Below, piece by piece: positions 60,500 through 64,000 of a stretch of DNA of 64,000 bases. The notes below the pieces were generated by a model. The model worked only from the letters and a program-made list of their open reading frames with translations. It did not search any database and had not been told where the DNA came from. Position 1 is the stretch's first letter. Every line of letters begins with the position of its first letter. Made by a program: the position numbers and the translations under genes. Origin of the DNA: Tissierellales bacterium (GTDB lineage Bacteria > Bacillota > Clostridia > Tissierellales > DATGTQ01); the NCBI GenBank assembly GCA_035301805.1, contig DATGTQ010000188.1, forward strand, positions 16,234-80,233. Direction: 5' to 3'.

Positions 60500-61130
60500 A
60501 TTAAGCTATACAAAAAATGTTTTAACCTGTGATATTCATTCAAGACATAGAACAAAGAAAATATTAAAAGCAAATGGAGGGGAAAAAATTTATAGCCTTG
60601 ATGATATTTTAATAAGATCTATAGATGGAAGTGGTTATAATGAAGCCTATGGTCTTTTAGGGTCAAATAAAGCTACAGAAGATAAAGTGAAACTTTTCCC
60701 CCGGGACTGCCAACCTATTGTTGACAAAATTCAAGCTATGCTAAAAAAAAGAATAGGTAAAACTGTTGAAGTTATGATTTATGGAGATGGTGCCTTTAAA
60801 GATCCCATGGGATACATTTGGGAATTAGCTGACCCTGTAGTATCTCCTGCTTATACTAAAGGACTTAGAGGTACACCAAATGAAATTAAATTAAAATACC
60901 TTGCTGATAATGACTTTAATCATTTAAAAGGCGAAGAATTTAAAAAAGCAATTTCTAAATACATCAAAAACAAGGAATTAAATCCAGTTAACACAATGGC
61001 TGCCCAAGGTACTACTCCTAGAAAATTTACTGACTTAATAGGTTCCCTTTCTGACTTAACTTCTGGAAGTGGAGATAAAGGTACCCCTATTGTATATATA
61101 CAAGGTTACTTTGATAATTACACTGAATAA
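60483..61130 (+). pseudogene. C-terminal ~200 aa of a CofE-like (F420-0:gamma-glutamyl ligase family) gene, 5' truncated
   Basis: The frame opens right after a TAG at 60480-60482: ..YGLLGSNKATEDKVKLFPRDCQPIVDKIQAMLKKRIGKTVEVMIYGDGAFKDPMGYIWELADPVVSPAYTKGLRGTPNEIKLKYLADN..GSGDKGTPIVYIQGYFDNY. Family members in clostridia are ~400 aa as I recall. The N-terminal half is absent. Confidence 0.6.
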
Positions 61131-61142
61131 GTTTACTCATGT

Positions 61143-61174
61143 CAATGGATTAAGCTTGCAAGCTTAATCCATTG
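61143..61174. terminator. Perfect 15-bp palindrome hairpin between convergent genes
   Basis: caatggattaagctt-gc-aagcttaatccattg. The flanking U-tracts are weak. Confidence 0.5.
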
Positions 61175-61238
61175 ATTATTTAAGGTGAAGGGTTGAATTT
61201 CAATAAGATATCTCTAATATTATAACCAATTTGGATAA

Positions 61239-61814
61239 TCACTCCTTATTACTGTCCATTCTCCCCCACTTCATTTCCTTTCCATCTTCATCATATTTTT
61301 TTCTTTTCGCTGTAATTTCTTCAATTTCTATTGAATATACATTAGTCCTTCCCAACCCTGTTTTAATTGCTATGGGGAAATATTCTATTTTTGTAGGAGT
61401 ATACTTCTCACAAATTAACTTCATTGCCTTAATCTTTTCGTTTTCATCATCTACTAATTTTACATTACCTTTTACAATGGCAGATTCAAACTCTGTGGTA
61501 AAAACACTACTAATGAACAACACTGCCTTTAACTCATCTTTTGTCATTTCATTTAGTTCTTCCTTGGTATAATTTTCTGGAATTCTTGTCTGTCCAACAA
61601 ATACTACACTTACATAAGGGTTATCTTTAAATATTTTAACCTTTTTTCCATCCATTGCTGAATGGAAATATAAAGTGTTTTCATTCCTTACTATAGATAG
61701 TGGAATACCATAGGGGTCTCCCTCTTTATCTACCATAGATAAAATACCATGATTAGCCTTATCTATAACCTTAAGACCAAATTCTCTATTCATTTCCCTG
61801 TCTTTTCTTCTCAT
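61239..61814 (-). CDS. Pyridoxamine 5'-phosphate oxidase-family FMN-binding protein (Nim-like)
   Basis: MRRKDREM..start, GILSMVDKEGDPYGIPLS.V....LYFHSA..G.K split-barrel pattern. Confidence 0.75.
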   Translation of the reverse strand: MRRKDREMNREFGLKVIDKANHGILSMVDKEGDPYGIPLSIVRNENTLYFHSAMDGKKVKIFKDNPYVSVVFVGQTRIPENYTKEELNEMTKDELKAVLFISSVFTTEFESAIVKGNVKLVDDENEKIKAMKLICEKYTPTKIEYFPIAIKTGLGRTNVYSIEIEEITAKRKKYDEDGKEMKWGRMDSNKE

Positions 61815-61887
61815 ATTCTCACCTTCCTAATTTATTTAAAAAATGAACCCTTGAATAGCTCCAAAGGTTCATTCCTTATTGTATTCC

Positions 61888-61989
61888 CTATACTATTTTT
61901 CTATGGATAGACCCAATAGTTACTTCATGCTCTCCTATAATTTCATGAATTGATTTTTTATCCTCAATTATATATTTTAATAACTTATC
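61888..61989 (-). pseudogene. Possible startless remnant of a DeoR-type HTH domain
   Basis: DKLLKYIIEDKKSIHEIIGEHEVTIGSIHRKIV* follows the membrane-protein stop in the same frame, with no start codon. The pattern resembles the ..IL.yl......si.Ela....VS..TIrRDl HTH. Confidence 0.25.
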
Positions 61990-61992
61990 ACT

Positions 61993-62703
61993 TTAGCTAA
62001 TTTCAGCCTCTTCTTCTTCTTTACACATATTACTTATATACAAACAGAAATACGCATGGAACAACTGAAATACTATACTGTAAGTAATGACAATTGCAAT
62101 ATCATATTCGGTTTTAGTAAGTGAATCCTTTATAATTAAAATTAATGCTAAGATTCCTATTAGACCTAAGATCTTAAAGAAATACTTCTTCCCTAGTTTA
62201 AATCCTGATTTTATTGAGCCTCCAATTTTTTCATCATTATATACAAGGTACTGGCTTGTTGGAGATAGAAAAATTGCAAATATCATCCAAAGCAAAAACA
62301 AAATAACAAACAATATAAACAAGGCAGAATTAACATACATTGCAATTATTCCAATATAAAACACAAAGAATGTTATTGCTCCATACATTAATGCAACCCC
62401 CAAAAGCCTAGGAAAATAATGGAGTGCCTCGGGGAAAATATCTTTTTGTTCAATTATTTCTCCCTTTATTATTTTCTTAGTAATAAGTAAAAGATAAGCA
62501 GATAAATAGATATTTATTAATATAATGATAATCATTTTAAAATTTAAAATATCTGTTATATCTACATTATATCCTAGTTGTAGTTTTAACATTACATCTG
62601 TAGTTATTGAACTGGTAATTACATGAATAATTATTGCCAATATAAAATAGATTATAAATTTACTAAAGTTTTCTTTGTACTTTTTAAATACTTCACCCAT
62701 CAT
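61993..62703 (-). CDS. Polytopic membrane protein (DUF975-like), unknown function
   Basis: About 6 TM segments and an acidic C-terminal tail (KEEEEAEIS). Lies 11 nt downstream of the degenerate ABC ATPase gene. Confidence 0.55.
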   Translation of the reverse strand: MMGEVFKKYKENFSKFIIYFILAIIIHVITSSITTDVMLKLQLGYNVDITDILNFKMIIIILINIYLSAYLLLITKKIIKGEIIEQKDIFPEALHYFPRLLGVALMYGAITFFVFYIGIIAMYVNSALFILFVILFLLWMIFAIFLSPTSQYLVYNDEKIGGSIKSGFKLGKKYFFKILGLIGILALILIIKDSLTKTEYDIAIVITYSIVFQLFHAYFCLYISNMCKEEEEAEIS

Positions 62704-62714
62704 GGCTATCCCCC

Positions 62715-63665
62715 CTATCTATATAATATACATCTTACTTTCTCCCCTTCCTTAAGAGTAAAATATTCTGGAAGGTATTTGAAACAAGATTCCCTCCTTT
62801 CACTACATTTATTATAAAAAATACAACTATATGATTTACTTCTTAAATCCCATTCTTTTTCTTTCCCAATATCATTATTTACTAGTCTCTTGGAATATGG
62901 ATGTAATGGTTCTTTACTAAAAATTTTAATGGGACTATCTTCTAATAATATTCCTTTATTAACAATTATTACCCTATCGGCTATTTCATCTACAGCCTCT
63001 AAATCATTTGTCATAAACAATATAGATAGACTCAATTCCCTTTTTATTTCTTTTAACAAATTATATATCCCTATTCTTTCCTTTTTATCCAAGCTTTTAG
63101 ATGTACTATTTATTATTAGAATTTCTGGTCTACAGATAAGTCCTATAGCTAAATGAACTATATAAATAGTTTTTTCATCTAATTGATAAGGATATGACTC
63201 ATAAACTTTCCCAATATCTTCTACTCCAAGTCTTTCAAGTAATTTTTTAACCCTTTTATCCCTATCTTCCCTTTTTGATTTCTTATGAATAATTAAAGAC
63301 TCTTTAATTTGATAACCTATTTTTAATCTTGGATTTAATCCACTTATACCTGTATCAGAAATAGCGGATATTTTATTCCCTCTAATTTGCCTTAGTTCTC
63401 TTTCATTCATATCCAAAATACTTTTTCCCTTAAAACAAATCTCACCCCTTGTAACTTTTCCTAAGGGCTTATCAATAGTTCCCATTAATGAATATATTAA
63501 TCCTTGCCTAAAAATATTCTGTTCAGAAATCAAAACTACTACTTCATCTTCATATAGTTTAAATGAAACATCATTTAAAACGTATAATGTTTCATTATCC
63601 TTATAGTAATTAGTTTCTAATTTATTCACCTTTAACAAACTTTTTTTCACCGCTAATTCCCCCAA
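62715..63665 (-). CDS. OppD/DppD-like ABC ATPase-fold protein with all catalytic motifs degenerate
   Basis: The scaffold matches oligopeptide-type ABC ATPases, including the C-terminal HPYSKRL and Cys-cluster region. Substitutions: Walker A GxxGxGKS becomes SEQNIFRQ; the Q-loop Q is lost (ISAISD); LSGG..QR becomes LDEKTIYI; Walker B ..DE becomes ILIINS; H-loop THD becomes TND. Confidence 0.7.
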   Translation of the reverse strand: MGELAVKKSLLKVNKLETNYYKDNETLYVLNDVSFKLYEDEVVVLISEQNIFRQGLIYSLMGTIDKPLGKVTRGEICFKGKSILDMNERELRQIRGNKISAISDTGISGLNPRLKIGYQIKESLIIHKKSKREDRDKRVKKLLERLGVEDIGKVYESYPYQLDEKTIYIVHLAIGLICRPEILIINSTSKSLDKKERIGIYNLLKEIKRELSLSILFMTNDLEAVDEIADRVIIVNKGILLEDSPIKIFSKEPLHPYSKRLVNNDIGKEKEWDLRSKSYSCIFYNKCSERRESCFKYLPEYFTLKEGEKVRCILYR

Positions 63666-64000
63666 ATATATCTACCTTCCCAAGCATAACTGATAGCTAT
63701 TTCCATTAAAGTTTCAGTCTGTTTTGTTAATTTCCTAAAGTTTATATTATTAATATCATTTTGCTTTTCACCACAATAATTATTTAAATATTCATTTTTA
63801 CCTATCCCTGAAAAAGTCAAACCAGAAACACGATTTTTAAAGAAAGTATCTGGAACTTCTAACATATCTCCAAAATATTCATATTCCAGGTTAAATCCAT
63901 TGTCTCTTATTATATTTTTAGCATCCTTTACATACTTATAAAATATAGCATTACCACTAGAAACTGTAGAAGTATTTAAATATAATTTATCACTATCCCC
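63653..64000 (-). CDS. C-terminal 115 codons of an unidentified protein (gene continues past window end)
   Basis: The frame is open from base 64000: GDSDKLYLNTSTVSSGNAIFYKYVKDAKNIIRDNGFNLEYEYFGDMLEVPDTFFKN...EGRYIWGN*. Its stop overlaps the ATPase-like gene start by 13 nt. I recognise no family. Confidence 0.5.
   Translation of the reverse strand, partial: GDSDKLYLNTSTVSSGNAIFYKYVKDAKNIIRDNGFNLEYEYFGDMLEVPDTFFKNRVSGLTFSGIGKNEYLNNYCGEKQNDINNINFRKLTKQTETLMEIAISYAWEGRYIWGN

Noticed and set aside
713-63156. Plus- or minus-strand ORFs in the supplied track that lie antisense inside longer, well-supported genes: 713-940, 2595-2789, 2889-3098, 11690-11908, 17715-17930, 19054-19347, 19972-20268, 22233-22445, 22581-22865, 24852-25073, 33059-33394, 33655-33840, 33720-33971, 38867-39052, 43269-43727, 44746-44946, 47302-47493, 50341-50625, 52917-53138, 53261-53650, 53320-53502, 53891-54301, 57361-57618, 59346-59564, 61231-61572, 62087-62359, 62623-62817, 62890-63156.
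   Set aside because: These are shadow ORFs. Their products are low-complexity and Ser/Leu/Ile/Phe-rich, with no RBS and no recognisable motifs. Each is fully overlapped by an opposite-strand gene with clear family signatures.
1-64000. Scan for CRISPR arrays, tRNA/rRNA genes, transposases, integrases and phage genes.
   Set aside because: I noticed no regularly spaced direct repeats, no cloverleaf-like or rRNA-like sequences, and no ORF with DDE, serine- or tyrosine-recombinase motifs. A manual scan cannot exclude small ncRNAs.

Overview
This is a 64 kb chromosomal segment from a visibly AT-rich (GC not computed), spore-forming, anaerobic Firmicute of Clostridia type. About 80% of the genes lie on the minus strand.

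Recognisable content:
- valS and trpS, each with a T-box leader; pgsA.
- A fused gamma/alpha plus beta 2-oxoacid:ferredoxin oxidoreductase.
- A DEAD-box helicase.
- A gerA-type germinant receptor operon in A-C-B order.
- The pyrB-I-C-F-K-D-E operon, with PyrR-type boxes in its leader.
- cotF-like coat genes.
- SAM-I riboswitch-controlled metNIQ.
- PFOR (nifJ) and ppsA.
- nagB-nagA, followed by an overlapping CYTH gene.
- A YhaO/YhaN (SbcEF)-like nuclease/ATPase pair.
- A murQ-murP-mupG-murR-EIIA MurNAc recycling operon.

I see no rRNA, tRNA, CRISPR array, transposase or phage genes.

I cannot show a complete novel multi-gene system. The best candidates for follow-up are:
1. An intact OppD-like ABC ATPase ORF in which all five catalytic motifs are substituted. 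It is operonic with a polytopic membrane protein and an unidentified upstream gene that runs off the window (61993-64000).
2. A consensus promoter, a ~100 nt leader I cannot assign, and an intrinsic terminator, all in front of a non-canonical Ddl-family ATP-grasp gene (15873-16054).
3. An arginase-fold gene interrupted by a single in-frame TGA (42138-42140).
4. An unusually high density of gene relics, about 12 in 64 kb, with no insertion sequences. They include half a cobalamin riboswitch joined to the 3' end of an ATPase gene and an internally deleted tandem paralogue of the oxidoreductase alpha subunit.

All family assignments come from reading motifs by eye. No database search was run.
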